From a bacterium (lineage in GTDB: Bacteria > Actinomycetota > Acidimicrobiia > Spongiisociales > Spongiisociaceae): a stretch of DNA of 64,000 nucleotides. Made by a program: the position numbers and the translations under genes. Of the stretch, positions 19,702-28,897 are shown piece by piece. The stretch spans positions 36,446 to 100,445 of the forward strand of contig JAPPGU010000008.1 in NCBI GenBank assembly GCA_028821265.1, read 5' to 3'. Every line of letters begins with the position of its first letter. Within the stretch, counting starts at the first letter, position 1. A model generated the notes under the pieces. It made no database searches and was not told the origin of the DNA. It saw only the letters and a list, made by a program, of their open reading frames with translations.

Positions 19702-21801
19702 ATGCCGCCAGCAAGCGGAAGGAACAGTTCGGTGTTGCAGATCCTGGATCCGGCGGGGAAGCTGGTCGGCGAGCCGCCCGATCTGGACGGCAAGGACCTC
19801 TTGGAGATGTACCGGTTCATGGCGCTGGGACGGCGCTTCGACCGGCGGGCCATGAGGTTGCAGCGCCAGGGCCGTCTCGGCACCTTCCCGCCGGGAGAGG
19901 GACAGGAGGCTGCCCAGGTGGGTTCGGCCTACGCGCTCGAACCTGACGACTGGGTCTACCCCAGCTACCGGGAACACGCCACCCAACTGGTCAGAGGGAT
20001 GCCGTGGTCGGTCATGCTGTCGTACTACCGGGGCCTTCCCAACCGTGACTGGGATGTGCACCGGTACCGCATGAACATCCACACGATCCCGATCGCCACC
20101 CAACTGCCCCACGCTGTCGGGCATGCCCACGCCGCCCGCCTGGCCGGGGAGAACCTGATCACGATGGTCTACTTCGGCGACGGGGCCACCTCCGAGAGCG
20201 ACTTCCACTCCGCGATGAACTTCGCAGGGGTCTGGAAGGCGCCGACCGTGTTCCTGTGCTCCAACAACGGCTGGGCGATCTCGATGCCGACCCGGCGCCA
20301 GACCGCCGCTACCGATCTGGCCGACAAGGCGATCGGTTACGGAATGCCCGGCGTCAAGGTCGACGGGATGGACGTGCTGGCCGTCTACTCGGCCACCAAG
20401 GAGGCCGTGGACCGGGCCCGCCGCGGGGAGGGACCCACCCTCATCGAGGCCATCACGTACCGGTTCGGCCCTCATGCCACCGCCGACGACCCGAGCCTGT
20501 ACCGGAGCGAGAGCGAGGTGGAGGCCTGGCGGGTCCGTGACCCGCTCGACCGCATGCGCCGCTACCTCGACAGCCTGGACCTGTGGTCGGACGATATCGA
20601 CGAGCAGGTGACGGACGAGGCGAGCGAGATGGACCTGGCCCTGGCGGAGATAGAAGGGCGGGAGCCGCCACCCCGGGAGGAAGCGGTGCGGCACGTCTAC
20701 GCCAAAGTGCCCGAGGCGCTGTCCCACCAGTACGAGACGGCTCTGAGACGTGAGGACTCCGGCCCTTCCCGGCTGGAACCAGACGAGCGGTGGCGGATAG
20801 GGCACGATCCCGTGCTCGAGGGCGCCACCGCCCACTGGAACATGGCGGAGGCGATCAACGCCGCTATGGCGGAGGTCATGGACCGCCATCCGGAGGCCAT
20901 CATCATGGGCGAGGACGTGGGCCGGACCGGAGGCGTGTTCCGCATCACCGCCGGCCTCCTGGACCGATTCGGCGCCGGCCGGGTCATCGACTCCCCGTTG
21001 TGCGAGACCGGCATCGCCGGGACAGCGGTGGGAATGGCCATCGGCGGGGCGCGTCCTCTGGTCGAGATCCAGTTCGACGGGTTTGTCTACCCGGCCTTCG
21101 ACCAGATCGTCAGCCACATGGCCCGGTTCCGTTTCCGCACCAGGAGCAACGTTTCGCTCCCCATCGTGGTGCGCTGGCCCAACGGCGGCGGTATCGCTCC
21201 CCACGAGTTCCACGGCGACAGCCCGGAGGCCTACTTCGTCCACACTCCGGGCCTGACGGTGGTGGTCCCGTCCACGGCCGTGGACGCCAAGGGCCTGCTG
21301 GCCGCGGCGGCGGAGAGTCCGGATCCGGTGCTCTTCCTTGAGCCCAAGGTGCTGTACCGGGCCGGACGCGAGGACGTCCCCACCGGCTACTACACCCTCC
21401 CGATCGGGCGGGCGCGGATCCGCAGAGCCGGCGACGACGTGACGGTGGTCACCTACGGGGGAATGGTCCGCGTGGCGATGTCCGCCGCCGGCCAGTTGGA
21501 ACGCGAGGGGGTGTCGTGCGAGGTGATCGACCTGCGCACCCTGAAGCCCTGGGACCGCGACACCGTGCTCGACTCGGTGGCCAGGACCGGGCGCCTCGTA
21601 CTGGTTCAGGAGCCTCCCCGAACCGCTGGAATGGCCGCCGAGGTGGCGGCCACGGTGGCGGAGGAGGCTCTGTACGATCTCGAGGCCCCGATAGCGCGGG
21701 TGGCCGGCTTCGATGCCCCCTGGCCCCAGTTCGGGGTGGAGGCGCACGCCATCATCACCCCGCGACGGGTGGTCTCGGCCGTGCGGGAGACCCTCGGCTA
21801 G
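19702..21801 (+). CDS. Fused 2-oxoacid dehydrogenase E1 component, alpha and beta subunits in one 699-aa polypeptide (TPP-dependent)
   Basis: N-half is E1-alpha (TPP motif …VYFGDGATSESDFHSAMNFAGVW…); C-half is E1-beta/transketolase-like (…GEDVGRTGGVFRIT…IDSPLCETGIAG…). No E2/E3 genes adjacent. Confidence 0.8.
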   Translation: MPPASGRNSSVLQILDPAGKLVGEPPDLDGKDLLEMYRFMALGRRFDRRAMRLQRQGRLGTFPPGEGQEAAQVGSAYALEPDDWVYPSYREHATQLVRGMPWSVMLSYYRGLPNRDWDVHRYRMNIHTIPIATQLPHAVGHAHAARLAGENLITMVYFGDGATSESDFHSAMNFAGVWKAPTVFLCSNNGWAISMPTRRQTAATDLADKAIGYGMPGVKVDGMDVLAVYSATKEAVDRARRGEGPTLIEAITYRFGPHATADDPSLYRSESEVEAWRVRDPLDRMRRYLDSLDLWSDDIDEQVTDEASEMDLALAEIEGREPPPREEAVRHVYAKVPEALSHQYETALRREDSGPSRLEPDERWRIGHDPVLEGATAHWNMAEAINAAMAEVMDRHPEAIIMGEDVGRTGGVFRITAGLLDRFGAGRVIDSPLCETGIAGTAVGMAIGGARPLVEIQFDGFVYPAFDQIVSHMARFRFRTRSNVSLPIVVRWPNGGGIAPHEFHGDSPEAYFVHTPGLTVVVPSTAVDAKGLLAAAAESPDPVLFLEPKVLYRAGREDVPTGYYTLPIGRARIRRAGDDVTVVTYGGMVRVAMSAAGQLEREGVSCEVIDLRTLKPWDRDTVLDSVARTGRLVLVQEPPRTAGMAAEVAATVAEEALYDLEAPIARVAGFDAPWPQFGVEAHAIITPRRVVSAVRETLG

Positions 21802-21848
21802 CCGGGTGCGGCTCGGCCTCCGGGTCGGGCGGCGCCCACGTCAGGTGT

Positions 21849-22541
21849 CTATGCCGGGCGCCCCGCCTTGAGGAATCTCGAACCGAGCATGATGAACCAG
21901 ATCACCCACGGGAAGTAGCAGGCGCGTCCGATCGCGATCATGGCCTCGCTCGGGGTGGTGTAACCGATGATCAGCGCTGCAACGGAGATGGCGGACACCA
22001 CGGCGATCACCAGTGCGGCCGTCCTGTGGAGGCCGCTACGTTCCCTGGCCGCCAGGCTCAGGCTGAAGGCCAGCAGGCCCAGCGATACGGCAACACCGGA
22101 TACCAACGTGATGCCCAGCCCGGTCCGGTAGGTCGGTATGGCGGCTGCTAGAGCCTCCGCTGACGACACCCTGGTCTGCGCGAGCAGGTGGTCGAGCCCG
22201 GTGGCGAGTATCCATCCGACACCGCCCACGGTTGCGCTCAGCAGACCGAACCTCGTTCCGGCGGCGGCGTAATCAGGCCCCGTGGTCACCCGGCTCACTC
22301 CGGACAACCCGTAGAGCAGGAGGAGCAGGCCGAGCGGTACGAAGAGCGCGGACAGATGCGCCAGGAAGGGATTCGCGGCCAGCGCGGTAATCCTGCCGAC
22401 GGAGTCCATCGAATCCGCCGGCTCGACGAGCAGCCCGCCCGGCTCGACCAGGAAGAAGACCAGGGCCATGGCCGGCCCCACCATGAGCGCCCAGGCCTCC
22501 AGCCTGTGGATCGCATCGGTTCTCATGGAATCGGTTCTCAT
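21849..22541 (-). CDS. Hypothetical integral membrane protein
   Basis: Six predicted TM segments. N-terminus MRTDSMRTD encoded by a 12-bp tandem duplication. Confidence 0.5.
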   Translation of the reverse strand: MRTDSMRTDAIHRLEAWALMVGPAMALVFFLVEPGGLLVEPADSMDSVGRITALAANPFLAHLSALFVPLGLLLLLYGLSGVSRVTTGPDYAAAGTRFGLLSATVGGVGWILATGLDHLLAQTRVSSAEALAAAIPTYRTGLGITLVSGVAVSLGLLAFSLSLAARERSGLHRTAALVIAVVSAISVAALIIGYTTPSEAMIAIGRACYFPWVIWFIMLGSRFLKAGRPA

Positions 22542-22790
22542 GGTTCACCCCTTTCCCCCGAACGCACTGAAGGAGAACCCCTCTCGTGCGCCGGATGGTA
22601 GCGGCCACCCGTCTCGCCCTCCGGGGTTTCGGGGCCGGCGAGCCGCGGCGGAGGGAGCACACGGGCCGGCTCCTGGCTTTCGGACCAACCTGCAAACCCC
22701 ACATGGTTGGGAACGACGAGTAGGTGCCCGACCGTTGCCCACCGAACGGCCCTTCACCCTTAGCTAGCGGTCAGAGGCGACCCCACCCTC

Positions 22791-23047
22791 CCCAGAACGC
22801 GAAAATCGCGGGCGCCCGCCTCCGGCCCAGGGCCCTCCCCCGCCACCACCTGTCCTGCCTGGAGCGTGGTCGGCCATGCCCGGCCGGCTGCCGGGCGATC
22901 GGCCTTCGCTCCTCGAAGCTCGTCTGACCCCTTGGCCGGCAAACCGATCGGTCGGTAGCTGTTCACCGGCGTAGGTGACTAGCGTCAAGCAAGGTATACC
23001 GGGGTTGTGACAGATCCGGGCCATCCCGGGGAGAACGCGAGAAATCG
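22791..23047 (+). repeat. Copy A of a ~230-bp intergenic repeat family bounded by GAACGCGAAAAT-like direct repeats
   Basis: Shares conserved core with 25500-25707 and 32392-32600: …GGGCCCTCCCCCGCCACCACCTGTCCTG..GGAGCGTGGTCG.C.ATGCCCGGCCGG..GCCGGG…CCGATCGGT…TGTGAC. Begins CAGAACGCGAAAATCG and ends GAGAACGCGAGAAATCG. Confidence 0.6.
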
Positions 23048-23130
23048 GGTCAGGACCGGTGGGCAATGGCGTCCAAGGATCTCCTCGTCACCCGTTACCC
23101 GACTAGCCGGATCCGGCGGCCGCGCCCGGG

Positions 23131-23922
23131 TCAGGCCAACTCTGCGGTCGTGAACACCACGTGGAACGGCACGCAGTAGATCACCAGGGTCACCTGCTCG
23201 GGTATCACGTAGTCAGCCGGCACCTCATAGTTCTGCGAACCGATATTCCCCTTGAGGGGGCCCAGATCCACGTAGCCGGCCTCCCGGAGATGGTCACGAC
23301 CCGCCAATCCATGGACCGGAGTCAGGAGGACGTGGAGTTGGGGACCGTTGGTCACCTCGATGTCCTCGAGACGGATGATCCTCGATCCGTCCTCGAGCTC
23401 GTACAGGACGACCTGGCCGGATCCCTTGTGGAACGAGTCGGCATCCACCAGGTTCCCCGAGAGCAAGGCCACCGGGCCGGTGGGCGCGGGCGGCAGGGTC
23501 GTGGTCGGCTCGGGCGGCAGGGTCGTGGGCGGCTCGTCAGCTGTCGCCGCCGTGGTCGCCGGCGCATCGCCATCCGGAGCCGCGGTCGTAGCCGTCGAGG
23601 TGGTGCTCGCCACCGCTGGCGTCGTTGTCGTGGGCATCTCGGGCATGTCTTCGTCGGCCGGTGTATCTGTCGATGCGGCATCGAGCATGATCGCCTCGAC
23701 CTCCTCGGCGGTCATGTCGTCTGGGACGACCGCCATGGCGGCGAGGGGGAAGGGTTCGTCCACCACCCGGTCGATGAAGAGCGGCGATCCTAGCCACCAG
23801 GCCAGGCCGATTGCCGGTAGGGCGACGATGACCGCCGCCACCTGGATGGAACGTCGCTTGTAGAACGGAGTGCGGTTGCTGCTCAAGCCGGCCTCCCCTG
23901 TTTGCCTCTCCATAGATGACAA
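23131..23922 (-). CDS. DM13-domain secreted/membrane-anchored protein with Thr/Pro-rich linker
   Basis: N-terminal TM; low-complexity TTTPAVASTTST… linker; C-terminal DM13-like domain (…SGQVVLYELEDGSRIIRLEDIEVTNGPQLHVLLT…). Confidence 0.6.
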   Translation of the reverse strand: MSSMERQTGEAGLSSNRTPFYKRRSIQVAAVIVALPAIGLAWWLGSPLFIDRVVDEPFPLAAMAVVPDDMTAEEVEAIMLDAASTDTPADEDMPEMPTTTTPAVASTTSTATTAAPDGDAPATTAATADEPPTTLPPEPTTTLPPAPTGPVALLSGNLVDADSFHKGSGQVVLYELEDGSRIIRLEDIEVTNGPQLHVLLTPVHGLAGRDHLREAGYVDLGPLKGNIGSQNYEVPADYVIPEQVTLVIYCVPFHVVFTTAELA

Positions 23923-23990
23923 CGCCGGGCCCGCTCAGTTTGTTCCCCCAACGAGGATCGCCATCGGAGGTGCTGTACCCTGACCCTCCT

Positions 23991-24542
23991 ATGGGAGACA
24001 GGATTGTCGCAGTCTACGGCTCCTCGCGGGCTCTCCCCGGTGACGGTGTCTACGAGGAGGGAGTCGAGCTGGGCCGCCGGCTGGTAGAGGCCGGGTTCGG
24101 GGTCACCAACGGCGGCTACTCGGGGCTGATGGAGGCTGTGTCGAAGGGCGCGGCGATCGCGGGCGGACGGGTCGTCGGCGTGACCGCCCCGGTGCTCTTC
24201 CCGCACCGGCCGGGCGGGAACGGGTTCCTGACCGAGGAGATCCAGGCCGCCGGGCTGCTCGACCGGATCAGGACCATGTCCGAACTGGCCAGCGCCTTCA
24301 TCGTGATGCCGGGCAGTATCGGGACCCTCACCGAGCTGATGATCGCCTGGAACGACGCCTACCTCGCCGCGGGGCGGGGGGCGGCGCCGATGCCGATCCT
24401 CGCGTTCGGGGACGCCTGGAGCGAGATCGTCGATCGCCTGACCGGGGAGCTCCGGACCACTGCCGGCCTGGTCACCATGGTGGACAGCCCCGCCGAGGCG
24501 GTGGAGGTGTTGCGGCGCCGGCTCGGAGACGGGGCGCGATAG
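23991..24542 (+). CDS. LOG family protein (TIGR00730; cytokinin riboside 5'-monophosphate phosphoribohydrolase-like)
   Basis: GGYSGLMEAV and PGSIGTLTEL motifs. Start at internal Met (MGDRIVAVYGSS). Confidence 0.75.
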   Translation: MGDRIVAVYGSSRALPGDGVYEEGVELGRRLVEAGFGVTNGGYSGLMEAVSKGAAIAGGRVVGVTAPVLFPHRPGGNGFLTEEIQAAGLLDRIRTMSELASAFIVMPGSIGTLTELMIAWNDAYLAAGRGAAPMPILAFGDAWSEIVDRLTGELRTTAGLVTMVDSPAEAVEVLRRRLGDGAR

Positions 24543-24627
24543 CTCACGGACCGGCAGATGCGGCCGGCGGGGCCGATAAGATGCGGCATACCTCGATGAC
24601 CCGACCTGCTCCCCGGTACCTGCCCGT

Positions 24628-25491
24628 ATGAGGGACTCCCCTGTCGAACAGGCTGCCGGTGGCGTGGTGTGGCGGGAGGGACCTCTGGGGATCGAGGTTC
24701 TCCTGGTCCACCGGCCCGGATACGACGACTGGACGTTTCCCAAGGGCAAGCTCGAGTCCGGCGAGTGCCTGGTGGCGTGCGCCAGGCGCGAGGTGCGGGA
24801 AGAGACCGGCGCGCGTCCGCTGATCGGGCGCTACCTGGGTGAGATCTCCTACGCCAAGCGAGAGGGCCTCCGTAAGGTGGTCCACTACTGGGCGATGCGG
24901 GCCGATGAGGTCGATTTCGTGTCCTCCTCCGAAGTGGACCGGATCCGGTGGGTCGACGAAGCATCCCTGGCCGACCATGTCTCCTACCCGACCGAGCGCG
25001 CTCTGAGCGAGCGCCTCACGGACGGTTGGCGGGATCCGGCCGACCGGATCCTGCTGGTCCGGCACGCCGATGCCGGCAAGCGAGACCGGGGGCCGAGGCC
25101 CGACAGCGCCCGGCCGCTGTCGGAGCGGGGCCGAGCCGAGGCGGTTGGTCTGATCGAGGGACTGGAGGGCTTCCCGATCGACGCCGTGATCACCAGCTAT
25201 GCGGCGCGTTGCTGCCAGACCGTCACGCCCCTGGCCACCGCCCGCAAGCGCGTACCGCAGATGGCGATCGAACTCTGGGAGGAGTCCCGGCCCGCCGAGG
25301 TGAGGGCCCTGTTGCGTAATCGGCCTGAGGGGACCAGCCTGCTCTGCTCCCATCGCCCGATCGTGGGAACGATCCTGCGGACGCTCATGGGAGAGAAGCA
25401 GGCTCCAATACTCCAGAAGGGCTCGACCTGGGTGCTGGACTTCGCGGACGGTGAGTTGGTCGCCGCCAACTACCTTCCCCCACGCCGCTAG
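24628..25491 (+). CDS. NUDIX hydrolase fused to histidine-phosphatase (SixA-like) domain, MutT1-like
   Basis: Nudix box GKLESGECLVACARREVREETG in the N-half; histidine-phosphatase RHADAG motif (LLVRHADAGKRD) in the C-half. Confidence 0.75.
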   Translation: MRDSPVEQAAGGVVWREGPLGIEVLLVHRPGYDDWTFPKGKLESGECLVACARREVREETGARPLIGRYLGEISYAKREGLRKVVHYWAMRADEVDFVSSSEVDRIRWVDEASLADHVSYPTERALSERLTDGWRDPADRILLVRHADAGKRDRGPRPDSARPLSERGRAEAVGLIEGLEGFPIDAVITSYAARCCQTVTPLATARKRVPQMAIELWEESRPAEVRALLRNRPEGTSLLCSHRPIVGTILRTLMGEKQAPILQKGSTWVLDFADGELVAANYLPPRR

Positions 25492-25499
25492 GAGCCGAA

Positions 25500-25707
25500 C
25501 TCGCGAAAGACGGGTGCTCCGCACCGGGCCCTCCCCCGCCACCACCTGTCCTGTTCGGAGCGTGGTCGCCCATGCCCGGCCGGTGGCCGGGAGGTGGACC
25601 TTCGCTCCATGAGCTGTCATGTTCCCTCGGGCCGGCCGTTCCGATCGGTCTGTCTCATCGGCCGGTATTGGTGCTTGGCGATAGGCACCATATATCAGGG
25701 CTGTGAC
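25500..25707 (+). repeat. Copy B of the ~230-bp intergenic repeat family
   Basis: ~80% identity to copies A and C over the core; ends CTGTGAC. Causes the spurious N-terminal extension of ORF 25594. Confidence 0.6.
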
Positions 25708-25887
25708 ATTTTCTGCCCGTCAACCCATGGAGGAGGCCCGTTCGGCTCCTGCCGGGAGGATCGCCCGGTTGTCACCGGGCTGGGTCGTTTGGCCGGGCAG
25801 GGGAATATGCTGGGTCCTCGTATGGGTACGGGTCGCTTGGTTAGGAACGCACCGGCATGGTTGCCGGCACTTCGCACGAGCCGCGTC

Positions 25888-27252
25888 ATGTGGCTCGGAG
25901 TCCTGTTGGCGGCGTCGTTGCTGGTGGCGGGGTGTGGGGCCGCCGACGATGGGTCCGAAGTCCCGGCCGAGCCGCCCGCCACCACGGCCGATCCGGCCGC
26001 CGCAACAGAAGGTTCGAGCACCGTCCCCGGGTCCACGCAGGCGGCAACCACGACCGGCGCGGCGGATGCTCCCGCGCCCTCCTCGACCGCCGCGCCGGAT
26101 CCGGAGGGGGCGGCGCCGGCGGTGGCAGAGCCGGCGGTAGCAGACCCGGCACCGGAGGATCCGGAGGGCGGGCCCGACCCTAAGCAGGGCCTGGATCCGG
26201 TGGTGGCCTATGCCACCGAGTCGTGGCCCACCGACTGGGCAAACCGCACCGTCGACCTGTCGGAGCTGCTGCTCGGGATCGGCATGATCGATCCGCGGGA
26301 TGCCATCCCGCCCATCGATGACCCGATCTTCGAGTCCCTCGACCAGGCCGCCGAGTGGCTCGACAGCAGGGCGCCGGGAATGCTGGTCTCCATCGGCGGC
26401 GACTCCCGCTTCTACGCGCTCAGCATCCTCCATCGCCACGAGATCGTGAACGACCGGATCGGGGGCATCCCCGTCGCGGTCACCTACTGCCCGCTGTGCA
26501 ACACGGCGCTGGTCTTCGACAGCCGGGTGGGCGGCGAGGAGCTCCGCTTCGGGGTGTCGGGACTCCTCCGCAACTCCGACCTGGTCATGTGGGACGACGG
26601 GACCGTCTCGCTGTGGCAGCAGGTCACCGGCGAAGCGATCGTGGGCGCCGCGGCGGGAACGGTCCTCACCCACATCCCGAGCGCCATCGTGTCGTTCGGG
26701 GAGTTCGCCGCCGCCTATCCGGACGGACGATCCCTTTCCCGGGACAACGGTGGCGGCATACCGTACGGCTTCAATCCCTACGAGGGGTACTCCAGCCGGG
26801 CGGCGCCCTATCCCTTCTTCACCGGCGAGGTCGATCCCCGCTACGGGGCCCTGGAACGGGTGGTGGGGGTGACCATCGGCGGCGCCGCCACTGCCTACCC
26901 GTTCCCCCTGCTCGCCGAGGTCGGGGCGGTCAACGACTCCGTCGGAGGGGTTCCGATCACGGTGTTCTGGGGCGGGGACACCGCCGACGCCCTCGACAGC
27001 CGGGTGGTGCGCGAGGGGCGGGCGATAGGGACGGGGATCGCCTACCTGCGCCAGGTGGACGGGCGCCCGCTGACGTTCTTCAAGGAAGGCGAGGTGTTCC
27101 GGGACCAGGAGACCTCGTCGACCTGGACCCTGCTGGGCGAGGCGGTCAGCGGCCCGCTGGCCGGGTCCAGGCTGGAGATCGCCATCCATCGCAACGAGTT
27201 CTGGTTCGCGTGGGGCGCCTTCTTCCCGGAGGGGGACGTCTACGAAGGGTGA
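25888..27252 (+). CDS. DUF3179-family lipoprotein
   Basis: Start MWLGVLLAASLLVAGC (lipobox); Ala/Pro/Thr-rich linker; conserved body …VAVTYCPLCNTALVFD…. The ORF-track N-terminus (25594-25887) is translation of repeat copy B. Confidence 0.65.
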   Translation: MWLGVLLAASLLVAGCGAADDGSEVPAEPPATTADPAAATEGSSTVPGSTQAATTTGAADAPAPSSTAAPDPEGAAPAVAEPAVADPAPEDPEGGPDPKQGLDPVVAYATESWPTDWANRTVDLSELLLGIGMIDPRDAIPPIDDPIFESLDQAAEWLDSRAPGMLVSIGGDSRFYALSILHRHEIVNDRIGGIPVAVTYCPLCNTALVFDSRVGGEELRFGVSGLLRNSDLVMWDDGTVSLWQQVTGEAIVGAAAGTVLTHIPSAIVSFGEFAAAYPDGRSLSRDNGGGIPYGFNPYEGYSSRAAPYPFFTGEVDPRYGALERVVGVTIGGAATAYPFPLLAEVGAVNDSVGGVPITVFWGGDTADALDSRVVREGRAIGTGIAYLRQVDGRPLTFFKEGEVFRDQETSSTWTLLGEAVSGPLAGSRLEIAIHRNEFWFAWGAFFPEGDVYEG

Positions 27253-27368
27253 CCGGCCAGGGCCTGAAGGTCACCCGGATGGCATCGGTGTCGCGCCCGC
27301 TCGAAGGGACGATCCCGGCGCACGTGCTCGCTCGACCCCCGACCCGTCCGGCGGCGCGGGAGATCCGG

Positions 27369-28520
27369 CTAGATGAGGTCCTGCTCGCGGATCCCGAACG
27401 AAGGGTGGCGCAGCCGGCAGAGGGCCAGCTTCTCGAGCTGACGGATCCGCTCCCTGGTGAGGTTGAACTCCTCACCGATCTCCTCCAGCGTCCTCGGAAC
27501 GCCGTCCAGGAACCCGTACCGGAGCGAGAGTATCCGGCCTTCCCGGTAGGGAAGCCGGTCGATCGAGCGGCGCAGGCAGTCGGACACGTCCAACTCCACG
27601 GTGACCTGCACCGGGTCATCGGCGTCCTGGTCCTCGATGAAGTCCCCGAGCTGGGCGCCGTCCTCGCCGACCGGCTTCTCGAGCGAGGCGGCGTCCGAGA
27701 CGCTCAGAGCCAGCTCCACCTTGTCGAGGGTGACGCCGGCCTCTTCGGCAATCTCGGCCGGCTTCGGATCGCGGCCCAACTCCGCCTTGAGGCTGGCTTG
27801 CGCGGCCCGGACCGCCGCCAACGTGTCGTGGAGGTGGACGGGGATGCGGACGGTACGGGACTTGTCGGCGATGGCGCGGGTGATGGCCTGGCGGATCCAC
27901 CAGGTGGCGTAGGTGGAGAACTTGAAGCCCTTCCGCCAGTCGAACTTCTCGACTGCCCGGATCAGACCCAGGTTTCCTTCCTGGATCAGATCGAGGAAGT
28001 CGATTCCCGAGGTGTTGGCATACCTCCGGGCGTTGGCGACCACCAGCCGGAGGTTGGCAGTGAGGAACTCGTCCTTGGCCCGGCGGCCCCGGTCCCGCTT
28101 GCGCTTGAGCCTGAGCCGATCCTTCTGGAGCTTCTTCCGGTCGTCCCTGAGCCTGCTCCAGGACTTCTCGAGCTTGTGCCGCTCCTCCTCCGGAAGCTTC
28201 ATCTCCCGGTTACGGAGCCGGCGCTCCCTGGCCCTTAGCCTGTCCTCCCTCTCGTCGAGATCACCGTCCTCCAGCGCTGCGCCGGCCTTCAGCCCCTCCT
28301 CGATGGCCTGGGCCAGCTCGACCTCCTTCTCGGCGTTGAGCAACTCGTACTCGCCTATGGCGGCCAGGTACTGGCTCACGAGGTCGGTTGTGAGCCGACC
28401 CTTCTCGTCGGTCAGCTTGTTGCTGTTTCTGTCCCGCTCCCGCTTGGCTACCGAGCCTGCGGGTGCCACCGGTTTCTGCCGGGTCGGGTTTGCGACAGCC
28501 ATGCGGTTCCCTCCACTCAT
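27369..28520 (-). CDS. RNA polymerase sigma-70 family factor (principal/RpoD-like group 1/2) with Lys/Arg/Glu-rich insertion between regions 1.2 and 2
   Basis: Regions 2-4 are canonical (…[45 protein letters not shown]…[20 protein letters not shown]…). Region 1.2 [17 protein letters not shown]. ~55-aa charged insert [59 protein letters not shown]. Confidence 0.85.
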   Translation of the reverse strand: MSGGNRMAVANPTRQKPVAPAGSVAKRERDRNSNKLTDEKGRLTTDLVSQYLAAIGEYELLNAEKEVELAQAIEEGLKAGAALEDGDLDEREDRLRARERRLRNREMKLPEEERHKLEKSWSRLRDDRKKLQKDRLRLKRKRDRGRRAKDEFLTANLRLVVANARRYANTSGIDFLDLIQEGNLGLIRAVEKFDWRKGFKFSTYATWWIRQAITRAIADKSRTVRIPVHLHDTLAAVRAAQASLKAELGRDPKPAEIAEEAGVTLDKVELALSVSDAASLEKPVGEDGAQLGDFIEDQDADDPVQVTVELDVSDCLRRSIDRLPYREGRILSLRYGFLDGVPRTLEEIGEEFNLTRERIRQLEKLALCRLRHPSFGIREQDLI

Positions 28521-28555
28521 CGCCCGCCGGCCGTTCCGGCGATTAACTCCTTGCG

Positions 28556-28583
28556 GTAAGACCGGCCCCGGGGCCGGTCTTAC
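28556..28583. promoter_or_regulatory. Perfect 28-bp palindrome GTAAGACCGGCCCCGGGGCCGGTCTTAC in the divergent promoter region between sigma factor and thioredoxin-domain gene
   Basis: 14+14 perfect inverted repeat ~36 nt upstream of the sigma factor start codon; candidate operator or 5'-UTR hairpin. Confidence 0.35.
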
Positions 28584-28897
28584 CGAGACTACTCAACTCC
28601 TGCCTGCCGCGTGTCCAGCGCGTGAAGCCGACCCCCGCCGGTCCCTCAACACCGAACACGTTCATGCTACGCGCACCGGCGAGGTAACGAGGACGCTGGT
28701 CGGTCGGGCTCTCGCGGCAAACGATGCCCGTACGCCGACATACTCCACAACGCCTTTCCGGCCGCGTTTCTTCCGCCTTTTCGATTAGCGATGCCTTTTC
28801 AACGCCCGGAGCCGCCCCGGACGGCAAGCACACGCACCTACGTAACATGGTGCTGACGACCCCAGGGGGATTTCATGCGCCGACACCGTGACCTGCC

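Noticed and set aside
19330-21747. 805-aa minus-strand ORF antisense to the fused E1 gene
   Set aside because: Arg/Gly/Pro/His-rich low-complexity translation typical of antisense frames in high-GC DNA. The + strand gene has clear E1 homology.
22515-22541. 12-bp tandem duplication giving MRTDSMRTD at the N-terminus of the membrane protein
   Set aside because: A trivial microduplication at a gene start. Possibly marks an alternative start codon, but not a functional repeat element.
25594-25887. N-terminal extension of ORF 25594 (MDLRSMSCHVPSGRPFRSVCLIGRYWCLAIGTIYQGCD…), and the similar peptide from ORF 32445-32726
   Set aside because: It is the translation of the ~230-bp nucleotide repeat. 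The frame is not conserved between copies (indels), so the peptide similarity is a by-product of DNA repetition.
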